IMG/VR virus record: IMGVR_UViG_3300021185_001467
Location: 1-44,200 of that record
Direction: 5' to 3' (one strand)
Source: a virus
Taxonomy: Duplodnaviria; Caudoviricetes
Length of the DNA: 44,200 nt
A model generated the notes under the pieces. The model saw only the letters and a list, made by a program, of their open reading frames with translations, did not search any database and was not told where the DNA came from. A program made the translations under genes and the position numbers. Positions 29,122-38,620 of this stretch are shown here, piece after piece. How positions within the stretch are numbered: the first letter of the stretch is position 1; each line of letters opens with the position of its first letter.

Positions 29122-29625
29122 TTATTGTTTTATTTCTGTTGCTGATAACCAAACAGGCATATGTTGATGCCCTAAATATGCTACAGAGCTACTTGTGTTT
29201 TCAGCATACTCTATTTCATATTTTATTTCACTTGTAGTGTTATGGGTTTTATCCATATGATAATATTCCGCTGGTCTCCAAAAACTTCTACCGCAGTATG
29301 CCCAGCCATATTTATAAGGCTGAGTGTCGTTGCTAGTTTTATTAACTGGATAATCAACAGTTCCATTTATGGTTCTTTTTAACCTTGTTACTAGCCTTGT
29401 TGTATTTAATCCGTAGCTCATTGATGTATTAAACTGAACCATTATATTATTTGACGAACTATCCGGTGTAATTAATAAATGAAAAGGGGCTGCTATAAAA
29501 GTTGTATTTACAGTGGCTAAAGTCTGCGAGCTGTTATTTAAATATTTTACATACTTATGTTGCACTATCTGATCGTTTTGCTTTACAGGACCGCCTCCAA
29601 CTATTAAGTTTGAATAACTACTCAT
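29122..29625 (-). CDS. Tandem paralog 3, beta-sandwich fibre tip-like (167 aa)
   Basis: MSSYSN..GG, QIVQ, ITP.SS.NI, YKYGW, ends EIKQ. Confidence 0.7.
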   Translation of the reverse strand: MSSYSNLIVGGGPVKQNDQIVQHKYVKYLNNSSQTLATVNTTFIAAPFHLLITPDSSSNNIMVQFNTSMSYGLNTTRLVTRLKRTINGTVDYPVNKTSNDTQPYKYGWAYCGRSFWRPAEYYHMDKTHNTTSEIKYEIEYAENTSSSVAYLGHQHMPVWLSATEIKQ

Positions 29626-30113
29626 GCTTTTATTTCTGATAATTGTAAAAACGCGGGCATATTATAATAAAGAAAATATGACAACGATTGGCCACCGGTA
29701 TATACATTAAAATATGGCTCGTAAGTTAACTGATTTGTAGTATTTGGTTGGTCATACCAAATAGCACTATCTCCGCCCCAAGCATCCTGATTATTGTAAG
29801 TCCATCCATATTTATTTTCGCCACTTCTAGTGTCATATACTACATATCCTGAAGTTCCTCCTGATTCCATTCTGTATAACGAGCACATCAGTTTACCAGC
29901 GGATCGCCCGTAAGCCATGTTGCTTATAAATCTTATTCTTATTGTACTGTCTGAAAATCTTGGTGTTATACTAACTTGAATTGCACCACTCGTTTTTGAT
30001 GTAGAATTAGTGCTTAAATGAGTGTTTTGTGTATATTCACCGACAGCCATTTGAACTATGTCCCCTGAAACGGGTTCAGAACCTCCTTGTTTATAATTCG
30101 TATAATCGCTCAT
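29622..30113 (-). CDS. Tandem paralog 2 (163 aa)
   Basis: MSDYTN..GG, DIVQ, ITPRFSDSTI, KYGW, ends EIKA. Confidence 0.7.
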   Translation of the reverse strand: MSDYTNYKQGGSEPVSGDIVQMAVGEYTQNTHLSTNSTSKTSGAIQVSITPRFSDSTIRIRFISNMAYGRSAGKLMCSLYRMESGGTSGYVVYDTRSGENKYGWTYNNQDAWGGDSAIWYDQPNTTNQLTYEPYFNVYTGGQSLSYFLYYNMPAFLQLSEIKA

Positions 30114-30619
30114 GCTTTTATTTCGTAAATTCTATGCAAAATCTGGTTACCTTGATGCGCGTAGTATCCCGCAACAGAGTATGATGACCACGCTCTCACC
30201 CTAGGCGTGTATGTTAACGCTTGAGTATTGTTATAGGTTGTGTCTAACCAAGACACTGTATTTTGTGTCCATTGGTTATTTCCGTCGCTCATATATGATA
30301 TTCCGTAATAATATTTATATGATGTATTAGTAGTGCCACGAACACTAAATAAAGTTGAATCAGTAACCCCCGGACCCGTTCTTCTTAGTTCAATACATGA
30401 CCCGTATCCTTGACTCATAGGCAAATGTATTTCTCCAAATATTTTACTGTTAGCATACTGGGGGGTTATTGTTATAGATAAATCCGTTAAATCTAAAGTA
30501 GACGTATTTTGCCTAGTAACATGCTGCGCATACTGATGTTCAACTTCTTTTACCTGCAGCACATCCCCTGCTTGAACAGAAACTGGTGCCCCGCCTATGA
30601 AACTTGTGTAATTGCTCAT
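30110..30619 (-). CDS. Tandem paralog 1 (169 aa)
   Basis: MSNYTSFIGG, DVLQ, ITPQYANSKI, ends EIKA. Confidence 0.7.
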   Translation of the reverse strand: MSNYTSFIGGAPVSVQAGDVLQVKEVEHQYAQHVTRQNTSTLDLTDLSITITPQYANSKIFGEIHLPMSQGYGSCIELRRTGPGVTDSTLFSVRGTTNTSYKYYYGISYMSDGNNQWTQNTVSWLDTTYNNTQALTYTPRVRAWSSYSVAGYYAHQGNQILHRIYEIKA

Positions 30620-32421
30620 TAGTTACCTATTAAAACCCAACCTTTAGTAGCTCCACTGTATACCATTTCAAATCCAGCATTAAGAGCGTCTATGGTCAAA
30701 TCTGATGAAGCACCCATTATGTTATTACCATTCGCTGCAACAACAGGTGTTAGTGTGCCTGACATATTTGAAACTTTAATCCATTGCCCAACTTCTGGTG
30801 AAGCGGGTAACGTTAGCGTAGCAGTAGCTGTAAATACGTAAGTGTAAAACGCTTGCGCATTTGTATTAGTAGATATTACACTAACGTCATATTTTGATGA
30901 AGCAACAGTAACATCACCTGTCTGACCATTAACACTTGAAACCCCGTTTAAAGGAGGTGCTACAAGACCTTCTAATGATACTACTTCTACTTCATCACCA
31001 GCATCAGCTCCAGTGCTAAGCACAATTGCTCCACTCGTTAATGAATAAGTAGATTTATTTTGGTATACACCATTTATATATACTAATGTTTGACTTTTAG
31101 CTGTTGGAGTGCCATTAACTAAAGTAAAAGAAGTTTGTGCAGCTGTTGCTGTAAACAAGTCAGAATCTAAATTAGAAAAAGTAAGACCTGTAGGAAGCAA
31201 TGTTTTTCTACTTTCAACTTCTATTGAATCCCCAGTGTCGGGAGCTTCTGAAAGCGTTAATGTTGATCCTGATACAGAGTATGTTGATTTCTCCTGGTAT
31301 ACACCGTTTATGTAAACAAGTGTGTGCGCTTCGTTTGTAGGCGCAATGCTTAACGTAAACGTGGTAGTTGTTCCGTCTCCTGAAAAAGTATTATTTTGTA
31401 CCTGGCCTATATCAACTACAGCGGGCGCAGAAGCGTAGCTTATGATTTCAAGTGTAGTCCCATTTGGAGGCTCATTGCCTGTTCCAAACGTCAGCGTAGA
31501 ACCACTTACACTAAATGTGCTTTTTTCTTGATATACACCATCAATATACACAAACACATTATTTTCGTCGCTAATAGACTGCCCTATAGCAAATGCTAAC
31601 GTGCTACCATTGGGACTGTATGTAGCCCTAGCGGCAGTTGCTCCACCACCACCTCCTGCAATAGCACCCCAAGCGCCGTCAGCGTACCCCTCAAACTGAT
31701 TATCCGTAGAGTTGTATCTGAACATTCCGTTTGCGCCAGTAGGTCTTTGCACTGTTGTGCCGGCTGGCATTTGAACCGCATCTGTTGCGGAAATATCCAA
31801 ACTAACACTGGGTGAGTGATATCCATTAGGTTTAATACCTACTTTTTGGTTTGCAACATTTACAAACAAAGGTGCAGGCACTTGATTTGTCCGAAGTATT
31901 GAAGAGACTACTATTGAGCCAGATGCTGTAGAGCTCACTCTAGCAACTTTACCTATGTTCTGAATATAGTTTGCCCCCGAAGGAGGTTGCGCAGATAAAC
32001 CGCCTCCTACTGCTACATATAGTGTATCGTTTACGCTTGTGTAGTCTAATCCGATTGGAGTGGTTATTAGATTTTTTAATATACCACCTGTTATTACATA
32101 GCCTTCTCCATTATTAATTAAGTCGGCTTCTAATACACCTACCGCTGGCATTTTTGCAACATTGCTTGCGTCTGCAGGCGCTATCTGTATTCTAAAAGAA
32201 CTGCCTACGGTACCTGATATGTATACAGGTGTGCCTTTAGTTATAGTTGATCCTGAGGTATTTTTACACTCAATCTTAACGACTTCACCATCACCGCCGG
32301 GGTCACCGAAAGTAATATTACCGGATCCATCGGTTGTCATCACCTGGCCCGTTGTACCATCACCTGTTGGCAACGTATACGAGTCGTTTATATTTATGGT
32401 GTCTTTAAACTTTACGGCCAT
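30619..32421 (-). CDS. Multidomain fibre protein with three internal repeats (600 aa)
   Basis: NTSGSTITKGTPVY domain, GTTVQRP..FRYNST..FEGY motif, three VY(I)(D/N)GVYQ.KST repeats, C-terminal TLTLP..G..GW domain. Confidence 0.75.
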   Translation of the reverse strand: MAVKFKDTININDSYTLPTGDGTTGQVMTTDGSGNITFGDPGGDGEVVKIECKNTSGSTITKGTPVYISGTVGSSFRIQIAPADASNVAKMPAVGVLEADLINNGEGYVITGGILKNLITTPIGLDYTSVNDTLYVAVGGGLSAQPPSGANYIQNIGKVARVSSTASGSIVVSSILRTNQVPAPLFVNVANQKVGIKPNGYHSPSVSLDISATDAVQMPAGTTVQRPTGANGMFRYNSTDNQFEGYADGAWGAIAGGGGGATAARATYSPNGSTLAFAIGQSISDENNVFVYIDGVYQEKSTFSVSGSTLTFGTGNEPPNGTTLEIISYASAPAVVDIGQVQNNTFSGDGTTTTFTLSIAPTNEAHTLVYINGVYQEKSTYSVSGSTLTLSEAPDTGDSIEVESRKTLLPTGLTFSNLDSDLFTATAAQTSFTLVNGTPTAKSQTLVYINGVYQNKSTYSLTSGAIVLSTGADAGDEVEVVSLEGLVAPPLNGVSSVNGQTGDVTVASSKYDVSVISTNTNAQAFYTYVFTATATLTLPASPEVGQWIKVSNMSGTLTPVVAANGNNIMGASSDLTIDALNAGFEMVYSGATKGWVLIGN

Positions 32422-32430
32422 AGTGATTTA

Positions 32431-33435
32431 TTATATTTCTTGAATTAATACTCTTATATCATTTGTAGTAGGAGGGCTAGAAAAAGACACAGTTACTACA
32501 TTTGCAGATGTTCTTACTATATCTGCGTATACGGTATCGTATGATGATAAATCATACAGCTGAACAACAACGTCCAAGCTATTCAAGTTATGAGTTACGG
32601 TGTATGATGTAGCAACACCATCACCAATTGTTGTCTTAAATGACTTTGTAGCCAACTGAACAAATCCAGTTGCGTCTACTGTAAAATCTGCCGAGCTATA
32701 ACCAGATATACCTTTTACGGCTGCACCTGAGTTTGCTCCAGCAGTAGCTAAATCAATATTACTTTGAACAACAGTCCATTTAGTAATATCACTTCCGCCG
32801 TTAGCAGCCATGTCTTCTTCAGCTATAAGGAAATCCCCTATCCGAACCTGCTCTGTAAAGAACAGACCATCTGCTGTTACGGTATACGTGTCACCTATAG
32901 AAACGGCTATATTAGAAGAGGTGTCTAGATCAGGCGTATTTGTAGAGGCGTTATATCCTCCTTTGTATGTTAGTCCTCCAACTATAGAAGCATCAACATA
33001 TGCTTTTGTAGCTGCGTCTTGTGAAGCAACGGGATCGCTTAAATTAATTATCCCGTTTGAGTTCATGTTTACATCCGATGTAGCCTGTGATAAATCACTA
33101 ATAGGAGTTCCATATACAAAATCATATATTTGGTCTCCCGTAGCTAAGGCTGTTCCGGAGTTTGCTACAGTTCCTGTTGTTATGGCTAGACTAGGTATTG
33201 GGCCCGTGCCATTAGTTATCGCTAACTGGTTAGCTGTAGTGGTTTGTATTTCCGTTATATCTCCGGCACCATCAACCCAAATAGACCCATTCCAATAATA
33301 TATTTTATTATCTGTTGAATTGTAATATATCTGGCCTGTTACAGGGCTCACAGGAGCTGAAGCTAATACCTGAATACGAGCATTTTGTAACTCGTTTTTA
33401 TTCAGGTCTATATTGTTTAAATAATTTATTGCCAT
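32431..33435 (-). CDS. Structural fibre protein (334 aa)
   Basis: GQIYYNS..IYYWNG, INLSDP..QDAATKAYVD, YKGGYNAS and C-terminal THNLNS domain. Confidence 0.7.
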   Translation of the reverse strand: MAINYLNNIDLNKNELQNARIQVLASAPVSPVTGQIYYNSTDNKIYYWNGSIWVDGAGDITEIQTTTANQLAITNGTGPIPSLAITTGTVANSGTALATGDQIYDFVYGTPISDLSQATSDVNMNSNGIINLSDPVASQDAATKAYVDASIVGGLTYKGGYNASTNTPDLDTSSNIAVSIGDTYTVTADGLFFTEQVRIGDFLIAEEDMAANGGSDITKWTVVQSNIDLATAGANSGAAVKGISGYSSADFTVDATGFVQLATKSFKTTIGDGVATSYTVTHNLNSLDVVVQLYDLSSYDTVYADIVRTSANVVTVSFSSPPTTNDIRVLIQEI

Positions 33436-33441
33436 TTTTTT

Positions 33442-34152
33442 TTAGTTTAAATAAGCTGTACCTGCAAATGGTGCTGTAAATGTTATTACTATTTGGTTTG
33501 AGTTGCTATACACAATATCTCCATAAACAACATTTCCAGAAGGATTAACCACGGTTACATGGGGAAACCTATCAAGGTTATGATCTATAGTCCAAACAGC
33601 AGTACTACTTGATTGCTCGAACGTATATGATTGATCTGTAAGGCCTGATGGCGATATAGTAAGAACGCTTCCTGAAGGTGTACCTGTGCTTCCTTTGTGA
33701 CTTAATGTTAATAAAAAGTCATTACCGTTATTTAAAGCGGTTTGAGAAGTTACTTTATATAAGCCATAAGATGTTGACGAAGAAGAATCTACGTCTGTAA
33801 ACTTTAAAAACTGGCTTACTAGTAAAGGTACTACTGGAGATACATCAACATTATTTCTATTATACTTACTTATAGCAATAGCAATTATATTAGCCCAGCC
33901 ATAATTAGCTGGAGATGTTGGATCTATCTGGTATCTAAAATCACCTGAAGATATTACTTGATTAGAATATAGACCAGCGTAGTTGTATTGAAAACCTGTT
34001 CTTGTTGGGTCAGCACTTCCTGTTTGAGCGAAATACTTGGCAATTTCTTCTATCTGGTAATTTTTAGTAGCATTACCGTTTATATCCGTTCCAACGAGCT
34101 TATCCCCTCCCTGTATGGAGGTGTCATTGGGATATAGTTTTATTCTTGCCAT
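33442..34152 (-). CDS. Structural fibre protein with MARI-type anchor (236 aa)
   Basis: N-terminus MARI..Y..D....DKL.GTD...TKNY is shared with 35994..38111; C-terminal WTIDHNLD domain. Confidence 0.7.
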   Translation of the reverse strand: MARIKLYPNDTSIQGGDKLVGTDINGNATKNYQIEEIAKYFAQTGSADPTRTGFQYNYAGLYSNQVISSGDFRYQIDPTSPANYGWANIIAIAISKYNRNNVDVSPVVPLLVSQFLKFTDVDSSSSTSYGLYKVTSQTALNNGNDFLLTLSHKGSTGTPSGSVLTISPSGLTDQSYTFEQSSSTAVWTIDHNLDRFPHVTVVNPSGNVVYGDIVYSNSNQIVITFTAPFAGTAYLN

Positions 34153-34155
34153 TAT

Positions 34156-35289
34156 TTATACAGTATATTGGCCTGTTCCACTTATCGGCCATGAAGAATT
34201 AGAAAAAGTCATTGCGGAATATGTACTTTGGTTTGTTTGCCCCCAGTTTGACCACATAGTAACCGTATATGATCCGCTCTGAGCTCTTCCTGGAAAGTTA
34301 CTTTGACTTGCGCTTTTGTTTATCCAGGATGGAGGCGGCGGTAGTGCCGCAGTACCTCCGCCGTTTGTATTTGGATATATAAGAGTGCTGTCAAAGGTAG
34401 CAGAGCTGCCTGTTACGTTTGAAAATTGAACAAAACCTTTTAGTCTAGGGTCTATAATTGGTGATCCAGTTAAGCCAATATACCATATTTGAGATGCCGA
34501 CTGCAAACTTCCACTAACAGGGGTTTGGTATGGAGGACCGGCAACAGCAAATGAAGGTAGCAGATAACTTAGCGGTGATTGCCCTATGCTTTGAGAAGTT
34601 AGGCTAACATTACTGTTACTAGTACCCGTGCTGGGTACCGTGCAATTAACGCTATGTCTTTTAGCCCAGTAAGGACTGTTATTAAAACTACCTGTGCATG
34701 TAACCCCGGAGTTATTTGTTAATCCCCCTGTATTATACGTAGGATTTACATATTGGCCAATAGGCAATTCAAGACTACCCGTTACGGTAGCTCCAGCTGA
34801 GCTGCCTACAAAGTTTTTAAGAGTTAGATTAGTTGTGCCGGTGCCAAAACCGTTAGATCTATTTACAGTAATCTGAACTGTTCCCCAACTCGTTTCAGCT
34901 ATAGTGCTCGTTAATGATGAGGTTAATATATCAGTATCTGTTGCGGGAAAAAGACCATTAGTTGTTGTAATAGACCAAGTGCCTGTTTGAAGCCCAAAAT
35001 CACCTGACGCAGAAAATGTAGCTGTCCATCCTGAGGGAAGACCTGTTAATGTTGCAGCTGATATTTGTGCGGACGTCCAATGCTTAGTAGATTGATTAGA
35101 AGGCGTTACTGAGTATGTTAATGGGGTTGCTATTGAATCCCCAGGCTCGCCTGTTTGTATTTGGCCACCATCTATACTTATTTGCACCTGATTAGGATAT
35201 ACCCGGGTTTCTCCAGCATAGATAGCGCTCAATGTGTTCTCGCCTAATTTTACGACGGATAAAGCTGATTCTGCTAGATTTAAAGGCAT
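34156..35289 (-). CDS. Putative receptor-binding/fibre tip protein (377 aa)
   Basis: KLGENTLSAIYAGETRVY N-terminal motif followed by Ser/Thr/Gly-rich Ig-like domains. Confidence 0.6.
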   Translation of the reverse strand: MPLNLAESALSVVKLGENTLSAIYAGETRVYPNQVQISIDGGQIQTGEPGDSIATPLTYSVTPSNQSTKHWTSAQISAATLTGLPSGWTATFSASGDFGLQTGTWSITTTNGLFPATDTDILTSSLTSTIAETSWGTVQITVNRSNGFGTGTTNLTLKNFVGSSAGATVTGSLELPIGQYVNPTYNTGGLTNNSGVTCTGSFNNSPYWAKRHSVNCTVPSTGTSNSNVSLTSQSIGQSPLSYLLPSFAVAGPPYQTPVSGSLQSASQIWYIGLTGSPIIDPRLKGFVQFSNVTGSSATFDSTLIYPNTNGGGTAALPPPPSWINKSASQSNFPGRAQSGSYTVTMWSNWGQTNQSTYSAMTFSNSSWPISGTGQYTV

Positions 35290-35290
35290 A

Positions 35291-35674
35291 CTACGTAATT
35301 AAGTATAATGTATCTGGGTCATAACAGTCTATTTGATAACCTGTTGATGATGCTGACGTGTAAGGCGATGCAAAATCAATTGTTAAAGTCGTAGCTGTTT
35401 TAGCTGATAATGTACCGGCGGTTCTAGTAGTATTACCTGGAGCTGTTCCTGTAACATACACTGTTTTATTTAAATCAAAATAAGTAGTGCTGCTTACTGT
35501 AAAAACAACTTGAGATAAACCAGAAGGATTGCTAGCTGTTGTTCCACCAGTTTGTTTTAAATAATCATATTGTACTTGGGTGCCTTTCCAAAAATTTAAT
35601 AATTTGTTTTTTGCATTGCCCGCTCCATAATCATAAAACCACTGGCCACCTTTTATTTCCGTTAAGTTTGCCAT
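35291..35674 (-). CDS. Fibre connector protein with an inserted beta domain (127 aa)
   Basis: FWKGTQVQYDYL ... YDPDTLYLIT, related to the C-terminus of 28578..28793. Confidence 0.6.
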   Translation of the reverse strand: MANLTEIKGGQWFYDYGAGNAKNKLLNFWKGTQVQYDYLKQTGGTTASNPSGLSQVVFTVSSTTYFDLNKTVYVTGTAPGNTTRTAGTLSAKTATTLTIDFASPYTSASSTGYQIDCYDPDTLYLIT

Positions 35675-35676
35675 TT

Positions 35677-35994
35677 TTATGCTTTTAAATATCCATAAGA
35701 AGCGTTTACGTAAACAAATCTTATAAACTCATTTTGTGTGTTCATCGTTACGTTACCCGCGGCTCCTTCTATATTAGCAGAAGAACCAACTGTAACCGTT
35801 CCTGTACCCGTGTTTTTAACTAGTACAGTTGCACCTTCGCTGGGTGCTGTTGGCAGTGTTAGCGTTAGGCTATTTGTGCCCTGGATTATATAAATACCAT
35901 TTTCAACCGCAGTTGTATTTCCGGTAATAATAAAACCCTGAGCACCTGTTGCACCTAATAAACCTGCTACTGGTAAATCTATCGTTAATCCCAT
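35677..35994 (-). CDS. Stand-alone TLP-G fibre domain protein (105 aa)
   Basis: LTLTLPTAPSEGATVLVKN...IRFVYVNASYGY. Confidence 0.65.
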   Translation of the reverse strand: MGLTIDLPVAGLLGATGAQGFIITGNTTAVENGIYIIQGTNSLTLTLPTAPSEGATVLVKNTGTGTVTVGSSANIEGAAGNVTMNTQNEFIRFVYVNASYGYLKA

Positions 35995-38111
35995 TAGCTA
36001 ATTCCGTTTATGATCCAACCGTTAGTAGCATCAGAATAAAACAACTCAAAAGAAGCTGTTGATTCGTCAAGAACCAAATTGGTAGATCTCATTATTTTTT
36101 CAGAACCGTTAGGTGTAATTGTCCAAGAATAAGACGAAGCTGAATAGTTCCCGGAGGAATCTAAAGAAGACATGTTAGTAAATCTAATGCTGTCCCCCGC
36201 TGTACCTGCTGGTAATGTTACTGTTCTATCTGCTGCAATCGTATCTAATATATAATGATTAAAATCCGCTACAGTCGTGTCCGCTGTTAAAGCACCTCCA
36301 AAAGCATAACCTTGTTTTAAAACAACTTGGCCATTCGCTGGAGCTGCAATTTGTAGGTTGTCAAAATCTATAGACGTAACCGGTACATCAGTATTACCAC
36401 CAAAATCGTACGTAGCTCCGTTTGCTTTAGCTAATACATTTATAGCACTATGCGATACCGCTTTAGTTGCTGTATCGTATTGCAAGAAATTAGATTTAGA
36501 AGCCTCAGGAATAGTATTCAGTTTTATTGTTTCTGAATCTATATTAAATGTACTAGTAGACACATTTAACGTTCCAAATCCTTGCTTTCCAAAAGTAGCT
36601 ATATTTGTTCCAGTATCATAAGCTACAACTAAATACATGTTAACAGACTGATCTAGTATTTGACCGCCTGCTGTTGGAAAAGCTGTAGTGTATGTGCTTT
36701 CTACAAAGTAAAGATTTTGTCCCGATGGAACATTGGAAAACAAGTTACCGAAATCAGTCCTATTGCCAGATGCAACTGTTATAGACGTTACACCTGTAGC
36801 TATGGATTCTGGCGTTGTTAATGAAGCTGGAGTCGTTGCTGATTGAAATAAAGCACCTGAAGCATTTTGTATTCCATAAAAGAATCTGCCTGTGCTGATA
36901 TTCCCAGAAGGGCCCGCTAAAGTTTCGCTTAAACCAGGCAGTGCTTGAGCTACGCCTGATGTCAAACTAGGCAACTCATACCACTTCCCGTTTATTTTAA
37001 TATTGTTCAGCTGTCCACCTGAAACTAAAGAGCCTTGAGTAGTGTTACCTTCTATCTGTTGTTGTGACAAAGCCGCTCCACCATTATCTTGCAATTCCAC
37101 GCCTTCCGCAGAAAGAACACCTCTTGTTCCTGTAGTGCTGATGGCTGTAACGGCGTTTTGCCCCATTATAGTTCTTCCGTCAGAAGATGTAGCATTAGAG
37201 TCTCTAACTACATCTTGTGTAAATCTAGTGTTATTGTTTATAACATTAGATCCGGCTCCTGAAATTGTTAAGTCAGTTCCGTCTGTGCTTATAGACACAT
37301 TGGGTGCTGCATCACCAAAAACTATAGAGCTTTCTGACGTGGGTAAATTAATAGGTCCGTAAATCGTCAATGATTTAGGATCCGTCAAAGGACTAGGTGT
37401 ACCTATAACAACATTACCCTGTGATACATTTAAATCTCTAGTTATTGTTAATGAACCTACGGTTTGCGTTTCAATTCTTTGAGCTCCTGTTAAAAAAGTA
37501 AACTCCGTGAAAGCAACCTGGCCTCCTGTGTAAGTTTCTCCAGACCCAAGCGTCACATTAAACATCCATTCGGTATAAACATTATTACCGCTTGTTGTGT
37601 ATTGACTGTAGTTAGCGTCTGGACTTGTATTACTAAAGTCCGGCTTATTAAATGATGTTACAGTTCCAGTGTGTGTAACACCTCCTATGGTACCAGTGAA
37701 AGTGGCTCCATTAGTAGCAAAATCATTTAGATCATAATCAACAGCAAACTGCCCATCGTTATAATCTCTAATTATTAAAAATACTTGACCAGTACCAAGC
37801 GTGTTTAAATAAACATCACATCCCGTGTTTACGGTTGAGCTTTTTAAAACAACGTTGGTTTCCAAAGAGCTGGCTAATGTTCTAACAAGAGCTCTTTCGT
37901 AATCAGTTCCTTCTCGGTTTACAGTTAAAGCAAAGCCTAATGGAATTTCGTCTGGTATATTTTTAGCGCTAGCACCGTTAATGTATTCTTTTAAACTATC
38001 AATAGTATAGTTTTTGGTGGCTAGCGATGAATTAGAATTTGCATCAGTACCTAAAAGCTTATCATTGCCTTCTACAGTAGAGTCAATTGCGTACGTGCTA
38101 ATTCTTGCCAT
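35994..38111 (-). CDS. Large fibre protein (705 aa)
   Basis: MARI-type N-terminal anchor; C-terminal TVTLPAGTAGD..FELFYSDATNGW domain. Confidence 0.7.
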   Translation of the reverse strand: MARISTYAIDSTVEGNDKLLGTDANSNSSLATKNYTIDSLKEYINGASAKNIPDEIPLGFALTVNREGTDYERALVRTLASSLETNVVLKSSTVNTGCDVYLNTLGTGQVFLIIRDYNDGQFAVDYDLNDFATNGATFTGTIGGVTHTGTVTSFNKPDFSNTSPDANYSQYTTSGNNVYTEWMFNVTLGSGETYTGGQVAFTEFTFLTGAQRIETQTVGSLTITRDLNVSQGNVVIGTPSPLTDPKSLTIYGPINLPTSESSIVFGDAAPNVSISTDGTDLTISGAGSNVINNNTRFTQDVVRDSNATSSDGRTIMGQNAVTAISTTGTRGVLSAEGVELQDNGGAALSQQQIEGNTTQGSLVSGGQLNNIKINGKWYELPSLTSGVAQALPGLSETLAGPSGNISTGRFFYGIQNASGALFQSATTPASLTTPESIATGVTSITVASGNRTDFGNLFSNVPSGQNLYFVESTYTTAFPTAGGQILDQSVNMYLVVAYDTGTNIATFGKQGFGTLNVSTSTFNIDSETIKLNTIPEASKSNFLQYDTATKAVSHSAINVLAKANGATYDFGGNTDVPVTSIDFDNLQIAAPANGQVVLKQGYAFGGALTADTTVADFNHYILDTIAADRTVTLPAGTAGDSIRFTNMSSLDSSGNYSASSYSWTITPNGSEKIMRSTNLVLDESTASFELFYSDATNGWIINGIS

Positions 38112-38112
38112 C

Positions 38113-38253
38113 TTAGTATTTCATTTTAGTACCTCTACTTGATTTTTTAACTTTACAAGTGATAGGTAAATTCATATTTGCGTTTTCTACTTTCGTAGGT
38201 TCTATAGTTACTCCAGGTAGAGTGTCGTATAAGCTAACTTTTCTTTTTTTCAT
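38113..38253 (-). CDS. Small basic protein (46 aa), missed by the ORF track
   Basis: Hand translation MKKRKVSLYDTLPGVTIEPTKVENANMNLPITCKVKKSSRGTKMKY. Fills the gap; its stop is 1 nt before the next ATG. Confidence 0.65.
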   Translation of the reverse strand: MKKRKVSLYDTLPGVTIEPTKVENANMNLPITCKVKKSSRGTKMKY

Positions 38254-38265
38254 CTTTGTTCTTTA

Positions 38266-38616
38266 TTATGGAGTATTAGTATCTGTAACAACTGCTTTAA
38301 CAACTGCGTTTACAGTGGCTGTTGCAGAAGGTGCCTTGATGGTTTGCGTAATTCCTGTTGGTGCACTATATAATATAAATGTATCAGAGCCAAAAGTTAT
38401 ATTAGCTAAACAATTATTAGGTTTAACTTTTACATTATACTTTAGTTCAGATGCTGTGCTATTATAGCTGCCATTAGCCAACTTATCAGGTCCATTTGTC
38501 ATGAACTCTCGCAAAACGACTCCAGTAATAGTTTCGTTTTTAGTTAATCCCTGCACGGTATTTGTAACCGCACCTGTAACTCCGTTTACAGTAGTTACAA
38601 CTGATCTTATTGCCAT
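38266..38616 (-). CDS. Small Thr/Val-rich structural protein (116 aa)
   Basis: Coupled ORF with beta-rich composition. Confidence 0.55.
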   Translation of the reverse strand: MAIRSVVTTVNGVTGAVTNTVQGLTKNETITGVVLREFMTNGPDKLANGSYNSTASELKYNVKVKPNNCLANITFGSDTFILYSAPTGITQTIKAPSATATVNAVVKAVVTDTNTP

Positions 38617-38620
38617 TTTT

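Noticed and set aside
24264-38111. DGR or invertase-type fibre variation system
   Set aside because: No reverse transcriptase, recombinase, TR/VR pair or long inverted repeats were noticed in the window.
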